From a virus (Duplodnaviria; Caudoviricetes), in the IMG/VR virus record IMGVR_UViG_3300049165_000014, positions 1 through 52,758 of that record: DNA of 52,758 nucleotides; one strand, written 5' to 3'. The position numbers and the translations under genes were made by a program. The notes under the pieces are model-generated. The model saw only the letters and a list, made by a program, of their open reading frames with translations. It had not been told where the DNA came from and ran no database searches. Positions 1 through 7,237 of this stretch are shown piece by piece (position 1 is the first letter of the stretch; each line of letters begins with the position of its first letter).

Positions 1-285
1 GGTATGCGTAGCTCCTGCCATACCCCCAGGGGGTACCTGACCTGCGGAAACGCAGCTACTAAGCCCGCCCTAACCTGCCCCTGCCTGCCCCTGCAAACCC
101 GCTCCCACCTGCGCAAACCCGCCTCTGCAGTACCCCCCTACCCCAGCGCAGCCCAGCTCGCGCAGCACACCCCCTGCTACCTGCACAAACCTGCAAAACC
201 CCAGCTCGCATACCCCCCTCTGCAGGCCGTCCCGTACAGGACGTTCCCGGAGCAGAACGTCTGCTAGCAAACAGTTGCGCAGCGC

Positions 286-390
286 AAGTATCCGGTACGG
301 AACTATCTGCTCCAGGACGATCCGCTGGCAGATCGTTTGGGATGGGATCGTCTGCTGCGGGACGATCTCGTTTGGGACGACCTCGCCAGG
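286..390. repeat. Degenerate 15-bp-period tandem array (7 units) near the likely genome end
   Basis: Units aagtatccggtacgg, aactatctgctccag, gacgatccgctggca, gatcgtttgggatgg, gatcgtctgctgcgg, gacgatctcgtttgg, gacgacctcgccagg. Confidence 0.55.
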
Positions 391-581
391 CAAGGAACCG
401 CCTGCACGCGTACGCGCGATCCTTGTACTTGATCTTGGGGCGTGTGGCGCGCGATTCAACCAGCTCGACCTTGGTCATGTCAAGGCTTTGTGGCCCTCGT
501 CACTCAAGATCTTTTGAGCCTATTTGATCAAGCCTTTGACCTGCGGAAACGATGATGATCATGGCTCTGACCTGCGGGTTT

Positions 582-596
582 GACCTGACTTGGGGC
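582..596 (+). promoter_or_regulatory. Operator/stoperator motif
   Basis: GACCTGACTTGGGGC; consensus RACYTKACTTRGGGC is repeated genome-wide. Confidence 0.8.
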
Positions 597-690
597 CGCA
601 TGGCAAGCTTCTCCCTGTCAGCAAGCGAGCCGGACGGAAGGGAGGTCGAGGATCATGACCAGGGGTCCCCCGAAAAAATCTTGAACCAAG

Positions 691-723
691 GACTTGACTT
701 GGGGCCACCGGCCCTGGTACCTT
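691..723 (+). promoter_or_regulatory. Putative sigma70-type promoter overlapped by an operator (691-705)
   Basis: TTGACT 694-699, 18-bp spacer, TG-N-TACCTT 715-723; operator GACTTGACTTGGGGC covers the -35. Confidence 0.55.
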
Positions 724-918
724 GGTGGCAGCTCGGGAAAGGGTCCCGGACCCCAGCCGCAACGGGCGGTATGGCTCCGGCCCTCGGTAGAGCACGCGTC
801 ACCGAGATACCTGGGTGGGTTACCCCACCTGCACTACCTACACAATTCGATACCGGCCCCATGGCAGGCTGCCCGGTTACGCGGGATGTGTTTGGCCAGT
901 GGTCTCAGACCAGCCGAT

Positions 919-950
919 GACTTGACTTGGGGCCGACCATCCGGTAGGGT
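919..950 (+). promoter_or_regulatory. Major early lytic promoter (Pleft-equivalent) with operator 919-933 over the -35
   Basis: TTGACT(922-927)-N17-TAGGGT(945-950) fits the SigA/HrdB consensus and lies upstream of the whole + strand arm. Confidence 0.8.
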
Positions 951-1034
951 GGTCACCAGCACCAAACCCCCCGGGGAACGGCTCGCAAAGCGAGACGGGA
1001 TCTTTGATCGCCTCCGGTTCCAGCACTGCGGGTG

Positions 1035-1052
1035 TGTTCTTTGACAACTGAA
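1035..1052 (+). promoter_or_regulatory. rrn-type boxA-like antitermination signal
   Basis: TGTTCTTTGACAACTGAA resembles rRNA leader boxA; preceded by hairpin CTCGC-AAA-GCGAG. Confidence 0.55.
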
Positions 1053-1059
1053 AACAAAC

Positions 1060-1330
1060 GATCCCGTAGGGGATGAGCTGTCAACCGCGCCCGAGGTCCC
1101 TTGGATTAGCGGCACCGCGAGTTGCAAAGCTCTGGGGAGAAGTCTGCATAGGCTTCGCTTGCACCCTAAACCGTCAGAACCCGAGGATCCGGGGAGACTT
1201 AGGTTGGCCCAATTGGGCGTACCCGAAGCACGGAAACCACAGCCATGGTGCGCAGTGTAAGGCATCGGCGTGACATGTCCGCCAAACGATCAATCGTGTG
1301 CTGGCAAGCCATGGCTAGTGGAAATAATCA
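1060..1330 (+). ncRNA. Candidate structured leader RNA or ncRNA
   Basis: About 270 nt with no RBS-supported ORF; dense stem-loops (ATCCC-GTAG-GGGAT, GAGTT-GCAA-AGCTC, GAAGTCT-GCAT-AGGCTTC, GGCGTGACATGTCCGCC). Confidence 0.4.
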
Positions 1331-1333
1331 GGC

Positions 1334-1393
1334 TTGATGCTTGAGTCTCAGGTCAGGTGTGTCTTCATACCTGACTTGGGGCTGAGGTTTCGA
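1334..1393 (+). repeat. Intergenic hairpin, family B (contains operator 1368-1382)
   Basis: 18-bp stem AGTCTCAGGTCAGGTGTG/CATACCTGACTTGGGGCT with G:U pairs, followed by GAGGTTTCGA. Confidence 0.85.
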
Positions 1394-1410
1394 ACCTACG
1401 GAGGAATGGC

Positions 1411-1662
1411 ATGGCTGAGGTGTGGCTTGAGATCGTGGACGAGGATGGCACCGCGAGTGTCCGGCGCGTGCCGGAGGCATCGCGCGAGGCAATCGACCTC
1501 GCGATCGGGCAGGCAAGGGATGACGCCCGGGTGATGGTGAGGGATGAGGAACTGTCCGCCGACGCGCGGATCGTGGTCGGCTCGCATGAGCCTCGGTGCA
1601 AGTGCTACGACGGTCTGATCCTGGACAAGTGGTGCAAGGTCCTGGACACGGCATCCATCTGA
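1411..1662 (+). CDS. Small early hypothetical protein
   Basis: GGAGG RBS; 83-aa ORF bounded by hairpin repeats. Confidence 0.8.
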   Translation: MAEVWLEIVDEDGTASVRRVPEASREAIDLAIGQARDDARVMVRDEELSADARIVVGSHEPRCKCYDGLILDKWCKVLDTASI

Positions 1663-1712
1663 GGATTGAGGGTTGGGCAGGTCTCGCACCTGCCCTTCAC
1701 CTGAGTCACCAG
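1659..1712 (+). repeat. Intergenic hairpin, family A
   Basis: GGGCAGGT-CTCGC-ACCTGCCC core flanked by TGAG elements. Confidence 0.85.
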
Positions 1713-1720
1713 ATGGAGGT

Positions 1721-1948
1721 ATGACAATGCACGTCACGGCTTACCGTGAGATGTCAACGCAGGCATTCGACCAGCTCCCTCGCTCGGCGAGGCTTGTCAC
1801 GCAGAAGTTCGGCGTGATCATGGAACTGAGGGATGGGACCACGTCTGCGATCGGGCTGTCGGTGTTCGACGATTTCGCCACGTTCGTGGAGGCATCGGAC
1901 CTGATGCCGAACGTGGTCAAGATGATCCCGGTCAAGCTCCACGACTGA
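1721..1948 (+). CDS. Small early hypothetical protein (start may be 1727)
   Basis: GGAGGT RBS before ATG ACA ATG. Confidence 0.8.
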   Translation: MTMHVTAYREMSTQAFDQLPRSARLVTQKFGVIMELRDGTTSAIGLSVFDDFATFVEASDLMPNVVKMIPVKLHD

Positions 1949-1998
1949 GGTTTCAGTATGGGGACAGGTCTCGCACCTGTCCTCGCCTGAGGTTTCAG
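1945..1998 (+). repeat. Intergenic hairpin, family A
   Basis: GGACAGGT-CTCGC-ACCTGTCC; CTGAGGTTTCAG on both flanks. Confidence 0.85.
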
Positions 1999-2014
1999 AC
2001 ATGGGAGGCAAGAC

Positions 2015-2203
2015 ATGCACGACATCACGGAGTACGCGATCGAGGTCAACGGAGACGTGATCGATGTCGCGTTCCGGGACAAGGACAAGGCTCGGGAGTA
2101 CCGGGAGGAATGGCTGGAGTACTGCGACGATCCCGAGAACACCACGGTGACGATCGTGCACCGTCGCGTGACTTACGGAAGCTGGTTCGGCACCACTCCC
2201 TGA
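2015..2203 (+). CDS. Small acidic early protein
   Basis: GGGAGG RBS; 62 aa. Confidence 0.8.
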   Translation: MHDITEYAIEVNGDVIDVAFRDKDKAREYREEWLEYCDDPENTTVTIVHRRVTYGSWFGTTP

Positions 2204-2256
2204 GTGATCAGCGGGTGGGCTCATCTCAAGGGATGAGCCTAGCCATGGCTACTCAA
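2200..2256 (+). repeat. Intergenic long hairpin (divergent member)
   Basis: GGGCTCATCT-CAAG-GGATGAGCCT core, basal TGAGTG/TACTCA. Confidence 0.7.
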
Positions 2257-2273
2257 CCACCGGAGGAATGATC

Positions 2274-2432
2274 ATGACCGACGCACACGCTGACGCTCGC
2301 AAGGTTCGGCGCGTCAAGGGCAGCGTCAAGGCATGGAACAAGCGGCCTCGCCTGGAGGCTGAGGTTCCGCCCCACCTGGGGCAGGACCAGCCGCGCCGTC
2401 GCCCGTCGTTCTACCCGTCTCGCTCGCGCTGA
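2274..2432 (+). CDS. 52-aa basic protein (below the ORF-track cutoff)
   Basis: GGAGG RBS; MTDAHADARKVRRVKGSVKAWNKRP...SRSR. Confidence 0.7.
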   Translation: MTDAHADARKVRRVKGSVKAWNKRPRLEAEVPPHLGQDQPRRRPSFYPSRSR

Positions 2433-2484
2433 GGGTTGAGTCTCAAGTCAGGACCAAAGACCTGACTTGGGGCTGAGACTTCAG
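2429..2484 (+). repeat. Intergenic hairpin, family B (operator 2459-2473)
   Basis: AGTCTCAAGTCAGG/CCTGACTTGGGGCT 14-bp stem; basal CTGA/TCAG. Confidence 0.85.
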
Positions 2485-2502
2485 ACGAGGAAGAGGTGTG
2501 AC

Positions 2503-2598
2503 ATGCACAAGGCATCGCGCAAGTCCAAGGTTTCGATGATCGTCCGGCGATCGTCCGGACAGATCGTGTTCATCCGCAGCCAGCACAAGGGAGCATGA
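2503..2598 (+). CDS. 31-aa basic microprotein
   Basis: GAGGTG RBS; MHKASRKSKVSMIVRRSSGQIVFIRSQHKGA. Confidence 0.6.
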   Translation: MHKASRKSKVSMIVRRSSGQIVFIRSQHKGA

Positions 2599-2601
2599 GA
2601 G

Positions 2602-2850
2602 GTGTGGCGGATTCTTTCCCTCGCAGCCGCGTTCTCGCTCGCTTTCACGGCGGTGTCAGAGGTGGCGCGCATCGAAGAGGATTCACCACTGTGGAACTGC
2701 CGCACCATGGGGAACGAGGTTTGCGGTACCCCCGATGGCTTCCTGATCTACTACAGGGATGGCAAGGCATGGTCGGTGAGTACCCCTATCAACGGCCGTC
2801 CCATGTGCGGGACGGACGCGCAGTGTGAGCAGTACGCAAGCTGGGGCTGA
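2602..2850 (+). CDS. Secreted or membrane small protein with 4 Cys
   Basis: Hydrophobic signal-like N-terminus; WNCRTMGNEVCG motif. Confidence 0.7.
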   Translation: MWRILSLAAAFSLAFTAVSEVARIEEDSPLWNCRTMGNEVCGTPDGFLIYYRDGKAWSVSTPINGRPMCGTDAQCEQYASWG

Positions 2851-2917
2851 GAGGACTGGCACGGGTGCACAGGCTTGGCCTGTGCACTCCTCTGTGTTCT
2901 CAGACTTGACTTAGGGC
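2847..2917 (+). repeat. Intergenic hairpin (2847-2903) plus adjacent operator 2903-2917
   Basis: GGGTGCACAGGC-TTG-GCCTGTGCACTC, basal CTGAGA/TCTCAG; then GACTTGACTTAGGGC. Confidence 0.75.
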
Positions 2918-2932
2918 AAGAGAGGAATCGAC

Positions 2933-3316
2933 ATGACTGCTCCCCACCTGTCCGCTGAGGCTCGGCTCATCCGTCTGTCGGATGCGCTGGACGTGCCGGA
3001 CGGAGGCTTCAGCATCGACCCCCGTACCGGCGGGGATGTGAGGGTTGGCTACGCCGTGGCCACCCACCCGGAGCGTGAGCGCCGGATCGGGGGGAAGGTT
3101 TCGCCCTCGGATATCCAGGCGTTCGTGTACGACAATGCTGACCTGCTCACGCAGGAAGGCAAGATCATCGGGGGATGGCGCGACCCGCAGTCGGGTGACG
3201 CGTTCCTCGACATCAGTGAGCAGGTGCACGACCGCGAGACAGCCTTGATCCTCGGTGGTCTGCACAACCAGCTCGCTGTGTGGGACTTCGCGCGTGGAGT
3301 TTCCATCTCCGTCTGA
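2933..3316 (+). CDS. Early hypothetical protein
   Basis: GAGG RBS; 127 aa; GGFSIDP...GGW...LDIS...QLAVWD pattern seen in phage proteins. Confidence 0.85.
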   Translation: MTAPHLSAEARLIRLSDALDVPDGGFSIDPRTGGDVRVGYAVATHPERERRIGGKVSPSDIQAFVYDNADLLTQEGKIIGGWRDPQSGDAFLDISEQVHDRETALILGGLHNQLAVWDFARGVSISV

Positions 3317-3368
3317 TGCATGAGTCTCAGGTCATGTCGCAAGACATGACTTGGGGCTGAGGTTTCAG
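3313..3368 (+). repeat. Intergenic hairpin, family B (operator variant 3343-3357)
   Basis: AGTCTCAGGTCATGTC-GCAA-GACATGACTTGGGGCT, 16-bp stem with a GNRA loop. Confidence 0.85.
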
Positions 3369-3381
3369 CCATGGAGGAATC

Positions 3382-3765
3382 ATGATCGTTGAAGACACGG
3401 CATTCGCCTACTCGTACGTGATCGACCCGCACAGGGTTGAGGTGCAGGTGGAATGGGTCGGGCCGGAGTACGACTACGAATTCGGGGGATGGCGGCAGGC
3501 GTACATGCTGCACATCCGGACAGAGGCATCGCACTACACGGACAACACGCTCCGATCTGGTGTCGGCCAGGACATCAACGTGCGGAAGGCATGGGCCTCG
3601 GCCGTGTCCTTCCTCGGTGCCTGTGATGAGGCATGGAACTACGGGGGAGAGGCATCGGAGAACCGGGATCTCTTCCCTCGGTGGGTGATGGAGATCGTAA
3701 GCGATCACATCGATGAGCTGGGCATGCACGCGTACGAGATGGAAGAGGGTTCGCTGATCGCTTGA
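3382..3765 (+). CDS. Early hypothetical protein
   Basis: GGAGG RBS; 127 aa. Confidence 0.85.
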   Translation: MIVEDTAFAYSYVIDPHRVEVQVEWVGPEYDYEFGGWRQAYMLHIRTEASHYTDNTLRSGVGQDINVRKAWASAVSFLGACDEAWNYGGEASENRDLFPRWVMEIVSDHIDELGMHAYEMEEGSLIA

Positions 3766-3808
3766 GGGTTGGGCAGGTCTCGTACCTGCCCTTCACCTGA
3801 GGTATCAG
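3754..3808 (+). repeat. Intergenic hairpin, family A
   Basis: GGGCAGGT-CTCGT-ACCTGCCC...CTGAGGTATCAG. Confidence 0.85.
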
Positions 3809-3819
3809 GGAGGAAAGCC

Positions 3820-4026
3820 ATGGACCAGGAGATCATCCGCAACCTGCCCGTGTACCGCTGGACATCACAGGGTGGCGGCCTGCCATGCGAAGGCATGAAG
3901 GTTCGCAATACCAAGACAGGACGGGAAGGTGTGATCGTCGCCGGTGCTCACTGCACATACAGCGTGGTAGTGGACTACGGAATCTACTGCGTGTACACGG
4001 ACACTGGCGAATTGGAGTGGGCCTAA
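3820..4026 (+). CDS. Small SH3/KOW-like hypothetical protein
   Basis: GGAGG RBS; GMKVRNTKTGREGVIV. Confidence 0.75.
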   Translation: MDQEIIRNLPVYRWTSQGGGLPCEGMKVRNTKTGREGVIVAGAHCTYSVVVDYGIYCVYTDTGELEWA

Positions 4027-4199
4027 TGGACTGTGCCGAGGTCTATCAGTACCGAGGACGCCTTGAACGGGCGAGGGATGCGCGGATCGGGAGGCTTGAC
4101 GATCCCGCCACTGTCCAGGCGTTCGACGACAGGTTCCGTGAGTTCGTAGACGCGAGGACAAAGCATCGGGAACAGACTGGGTGCACTGACTTTCACTGA
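4026..4199 (+). CDS. Small hypothetical protein
   Basis: TAATG stop/start coupling, GGAG RBS. Confidence 0.7.
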   Translation: MDCAEVYQYRGRLERARDARIGRLDDPATVQAFDDRFREFVDARTKHREQTGCTDFH

Positions 4200-4248
4200 C
4201 ATCTGAACGAAAGGCATGTCTCGTACATGCCTTGACTTGAGGTATCAG
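4196..4248 (+). repeat. Intergenic hairpin, family A
   Basis: AGGCATGT-CTCGT-ACATGCCT...TTGAGGTATCAG. Confidence 0.85.
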
Positions 4249-4265
4249 ACATTCGGAGGCATCGC

Positions 4266-4448
4266 ATGTACCAAGTCATGGTCAAGTGGAAGAACCTGCC
4301 GCGAGCACAAAGGCTCGGGCGTGGACGCACGGTCACGCGCAAGGCAGAGGCTCGGGACTTCCGTTGCATTCTCGCAGCGGAGAACGCAGCACGACGGGAG
4401 CTTTCGCTCTCCCGACACGTAGAGGAATGGAAGGTGGTCAAGGTATGA
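4266..4448 (+). CDS. Small basic hypothetical protein
   Basis: GGAGG RBS; 60 aa. Confidence 0.75.
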   Translation: MYQVMVKWKNLPRAQRLGRGRTVTRKAEARDFRCILAAENAARRELSLSRHVEEWKVVKV

Positions 4449-4705
4449 CGGCGCCTCGATTGGAAGAGTTGGTCCTTCTCTCCCTGGCATCAGTAGAGAA
4501 GGCCAACAATCAGATGGTCGTGAATCGTGGGAGCACGATCGACATGACCCGTCCTCTCAGTGAAAGGCTTGCCGCTCGGTCGGCAGATCTGGCAGAGGCA
4601 CAGGTGTACGCCACGCTGGCACAAGCGTTGGCCAATGACACACCCAAGACAGTGCACGTGTCAGGCGGAAGGCATCACCTCAACACGCACAACACCGGGT
4701 ACTGA
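4445..4705 (+). CDS. Hypothetical protein
   Basis: ATGA overlap with the upstream gene. Confidence 0.7.
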   Translation: MTAPRLEELVLLSLASVEKANNQMVVNRGSTIDMTRPLSERLAARSADLAEAQVYATLAQALANDTPKTVHVSGGRHHLNTHNTGY

Positions 4706-4762
4706 CTGGCATCTGAGGATTGGGCACGTCACGCACGTGTCCTTTCCCTGAGACATCAGTCA
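4702..4762 (+). repeat. Intergenic hairpin, family A
   Basis: GGGCACGT-CACGC-ACGTGTCC; basal TGACTG/CAGTCA. Confidence 0.85.
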
Positions 4763-4777
4763 ACCGAAAGGGAAGGC

Positions 4778-5062
4778 ATGGACAAGTTCTGGGAGACCGT
4801 TGACGCGCAGCTCGCCGAACTGCGCTCGGCCAAGTCTGCCGATGACGTGCTACGGATCCTGTCGCTTGAGCGCAACCCGTACGGGCCAGGCTCGGCGTCG
4901 GGCGACGGGTTCTTCGCCGGAGGTGACGGGGGCGAGATGCTGGAAGCCTTGGCCGATGCGGGCTGGTCGCTGGAATGGATCGAGGCGGACTACCACTGGC
5001 GAATGAGGGCACCCAACGGAGACAAGATCAAGTACGTGGAAGGGGACATCTACCGGGGCTGA
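4778..5062 (+). CDS. Hypothetical protein
   Basis: 94 aa ending YVEGDIYRG; RBS present. Confidence 0.85.
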   Translation: MDKFWETVDAQLAELRSAKSADDVLRILSLERNPYGPGSASGDGFFAGGDGGEMLEALADAGWSLEWIEADYHWRMRAPNGDKIKYVEGDIYRG

Positions 5063-5112
5063 AGCTTGAGGATTGGGCACGTCTCGCACGTGCCCTCTCC
5101 CTGAGGTTTCGG
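5059..5112 (+). repeat. Intergenic hairpin, family A
   Basis: GGGCACGT-CTCGC-ACGTGCCC...CTGAGGTTTCGG. Confidence 0.85.
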
Positions 5113-5126
5113 ATCGGAGGTGTGCA

Positions 5127-5714
5127 ATGGGAGAGGTTTCACTGTAGGTCCGGAACATCACTCGGATCTTCCGACTCACGACCGATGACGATCGCAAGGA
5201 AGGGCAGGCATGGTATCGAGAGGCTCGGGCTGTCGCCGATAGCCTTGACCCTGCCGACCCGTCTCGCGCTGCCGCTGTGCTGGCAGTGCTGTCCCCGATG
5301 ACATCGTGGCCGCGCAACGTGAGGCTTGCGCAGGATGCGTACACGGGCAGGAAGCTTGGCTGCCTCGGCCGCAATGCGGATAAGGCTCGGCGCATCCTGG
5401 CTGGGGAGGATCCCGACACCGTGGTATCTGGCCCAAAGGTTCGGGCGTTCTGGCTGACGATCGCCGACCCCATGAACCCTGAAGCTGTGGTCCTCGACCG
5501 CCACGCCGTGGCCATCGCTGCCAACAAGATCCTCGACGATCACACCAGGCAGCGCCTGATCACAGGCAAGAGGTACGAGGCAGCGTGCGAGTTGTACCGG
5601 CGGGCTGCGCGGATCATCTCGAAAGAGATGGGAGAGGAATGGTCGCCCGCCGAGGTGCAGGCTGCGACGTGGTGCTACTGGAGGCGTGAGCGTGCTCTTG
5701 CATTTCACCGATGA
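5127..5714 (+). pseudogene. Conserved phage protein (DUF7178-like) interrupted by an in-frame TAG at 5145-5147
   Basis: GGAGGTG RBS then MGEVSL*VRNITRIF...GQAWYREA...AVLSP..SWPRN...GPKVRAF...LDRHA...EVQAATW in one frame. Confidence 0.7.
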
Positions 5715-5727
5715 CCTTACTTGGGGC
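5713..5727 (+). promoter_or_regulatory. Stoperator motif
   Basis: GACCTTACTTGGGGC overlapping the stop codon. Confidence 0.8.
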
Positions 5728-5732
5728 AGACA

Positions 5733-5819
5733 ATGAGGATCGTTTCCTGGCTGATGCTGTTCCTCGGCTCGGCCGCTGTCGTCTTGGTACTGGGAACCAT
5801 TGCGGAATTGAGGGGATGA
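5733..5819 (+). CDS. 28-aa single-TM peptide
   Basis: MRIVSWLMLFLGSAAVVLVLGTIAELRG fills the gap between genes. Confidence 0.5.
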   Translation: MRIVSWLMLFLGSAAVVLVLGTIAELRG

Positions 5820-5824
5820 GAGGA

Positions 5825-6244
5825 ATGGGTTCGTTCTACCGGGTGTCTCACCTGACCCGCCGGTCCTACGGTGGCGACTACTTCGTGGGTCCGTACTCGG
5901 GACACCACACCTGGGAAGACGGCGACGATCAGTGCGCGGTCGACGACATGGGGTACCGGCACTCGGGAAGCGATGAGCACCCGTCGCCCTTCCGGGACGC
6001 TTTCGATAGGGATGACTGGCGTAACTGGGACAACTGGGTGTGCGGGTTCGACAGCGTTGATGCGCTGAACAATTGGTTCGCAGGTTGGTTCCCGGGACTG
6101 CGTAAGTGTGGGTTCATCGTGCGTGAGTACCGGGTGGATGCATCCGACATCGTGGTGGGCAAGCAAGCCTTGGCCATCGTCGATCGGTGCAACGTGCGGG
6201 CTGTGCGTCGGCACAAGATCACTGACCAGGGCGTGTTCCTTTGA
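5825..6244 (+). CDS. Hypothetical protein
   Basis: GAGAGG RBS; YRV...GPY...HPSP..D...CGF.S...L..WF pattern. Confidence 0.8.
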   Translation: MGSFYRVSHLTRRSYGGDYFVGPYSGHHTWEDGDDQCAVDDMGYRHSGSDEHPSPFRDAFDRDDWRNWDNWVCGFDSVDALNNWFAGWFPGLRKCGFIVREYRVDASDIVVGKQALAIVDRCNVRAVRRHKITDQGVFL

Positions 6245-6302
6245 TCGGAAAGGTTTAGTCATGGGCAGGCACGGTCTGCCTTTGGCTATGCAGGTTCGAT
6301 CA
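6242..6302 (+). repeat. Intergenic long hairpin, family C
   Basis: TGATCGGA...TTCGATCA basal stem; GGGCAGGC-ACG-GTCTGCCT apical stem. Confidence 0.75.
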
Positions 6303-6317
6303 GCAGAGAGGGAAGTC

Positions 6318-6683
6318 ATGGCGAACATCGAGCGTATTGAGCAGGTTCTCAGCCAGATCACGGAGGAGAACCTGGGCATGGGTGACTGGGCGCGGAAGGC
6401 ATCGTGCGGGACCACGATGTGCTTCGCGGGCCATGCTGCTGTCCTCGCTGGGGAGAGCATTGACTGGCGCCTGTCGGAGTTCCCCGACGATCACGGAGGG
6501 GACCAGTACTGGGCGGCGCGTGTGCAGTCCGGTCGGTTCATCGACGAGGTCGCGGAGGAATGGCTGGAGCTGACGCCCTGGCAGGCACACCAGATCTTCT
6601 ACGAAGTCATCATCGGGAACGACGTGAACGCGCTGCGCCGTCACGTGCACAAGGTAGTGAGCCAGCCCGATACCGACGACTGA
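6318..6683 (+). CDS. Hypothetical protein, CGTTMCFAGHA family (paralog 1)
   Basis: RBS present; strong similarity to 7238-7741. Confidence 0.85.
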   Translation: MANIERIEQVLSQITEENLGMGDWARKASCGTTMCFAGHAAVLAGESIDWRLSEFPDDHGGDQYWAARVQSGRFIDEVAEEWLELTPWQAHQIFYEVIIGNDVNALRRHVHKVVSQPDTDD

Positions 6684-6748
6684 TCGGAAGGCTTCGTTAG
6701 TCCGTGTCCATTGAGGGGTGGACACGGGCTTTCGTGGAAGTTCGATCA
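6681..6748 (+). repeat. Intergenic long hairpin, family C
   Basis: TGATCGGA...TTCGATCA basal stem; AGTCCGTGTCCAT/GTGGACACGGGCT apical stem. Confidence 0.75.
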
Positions 6749-6767
6749 ATCAACCGGAAGGAAAGCA

Positions 6768-7154
6768 ATGACTGTGCGGATCACCGATGAGCAGTTCACC
6801 GACGCGCTCAAGGCAGTGGTGCAGGAGCGAGGCAAGGACTTCAAGTACCCCCGTGGAACGGAGGGTTGGTCGGAGAAGTATGGGAACGGGACGTACAACA
6901 CGAACTGCCTGTACGTGAGGACCGACGTGGAGGAACCGGCCTGCTTGATCGGGGCCGCCCTGCACAAGGCAGGCGTGAGCCTTGAGGAGCTGCGGGCGCA
7001 GGAAGGGCAGTCCGCCTGGGCATTCGTCGAGACGTACGGCATCTCTGGGGACAAGGCCAACGCCGCTCAGTCGGCGCAGTACGTGCAGGACGACGGCAAG
7101 ACCTGGGGTGAGGCACTCGAAACGTTCCTCAACTACAAGCCGCTCTCAGTCTGA
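6768..7154 (+). CDS. Hypothetical protein
   Basis: GGAAGG RBS; CLY...PACLIG...QD.G.TWG motif. Confidence 0.85.
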   Translation: MTVRITDEQFTDALKAVVQERGKDFKYPRGTEGWSEKYGNGTYNTNCLYVRTDVEEPACLIGAALHKAGVSLEELRAQEGQSAWAFVETYGISGDKANAAQSAQYVQDDGKTWGEALETFLNYKPLSV

Positions 7155-7237
7155 GTCGACGGACACATGGGGATGGCCGATTCGAAAGGCTCGGCCTTCA
7201 CCCATGGTCAATCGACCGGTACCCAACAACGAGAGGT

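Noticed and set aside
21-35. TACCC-N5-GGGTA as a RicR/CsoR copper-repressor box
   Set aside because: Single copy with no copper genes or clear promoter nearby; C-run/G-run palindromes are common near phage ends
1041-1072. TTGACA as the -35 of another promoter
   Set aside because: No -10 hexamer at 16-18 bp spacing; better explained as part of the boxA-like element
552-1273. ORFs 552-920, 694-1044 and 1073-1273
   Set aside because: They overlap promoters, operators and the structured leader, lack good RBSs and show no protein-like motifs
1334-5112. CRISPR array interpretation of the early repeats
   Set aside because: The repeats are 55-60 nt and divergent, and the 170-500-bp intervals are RBS-bearing genes; there is no cas operon
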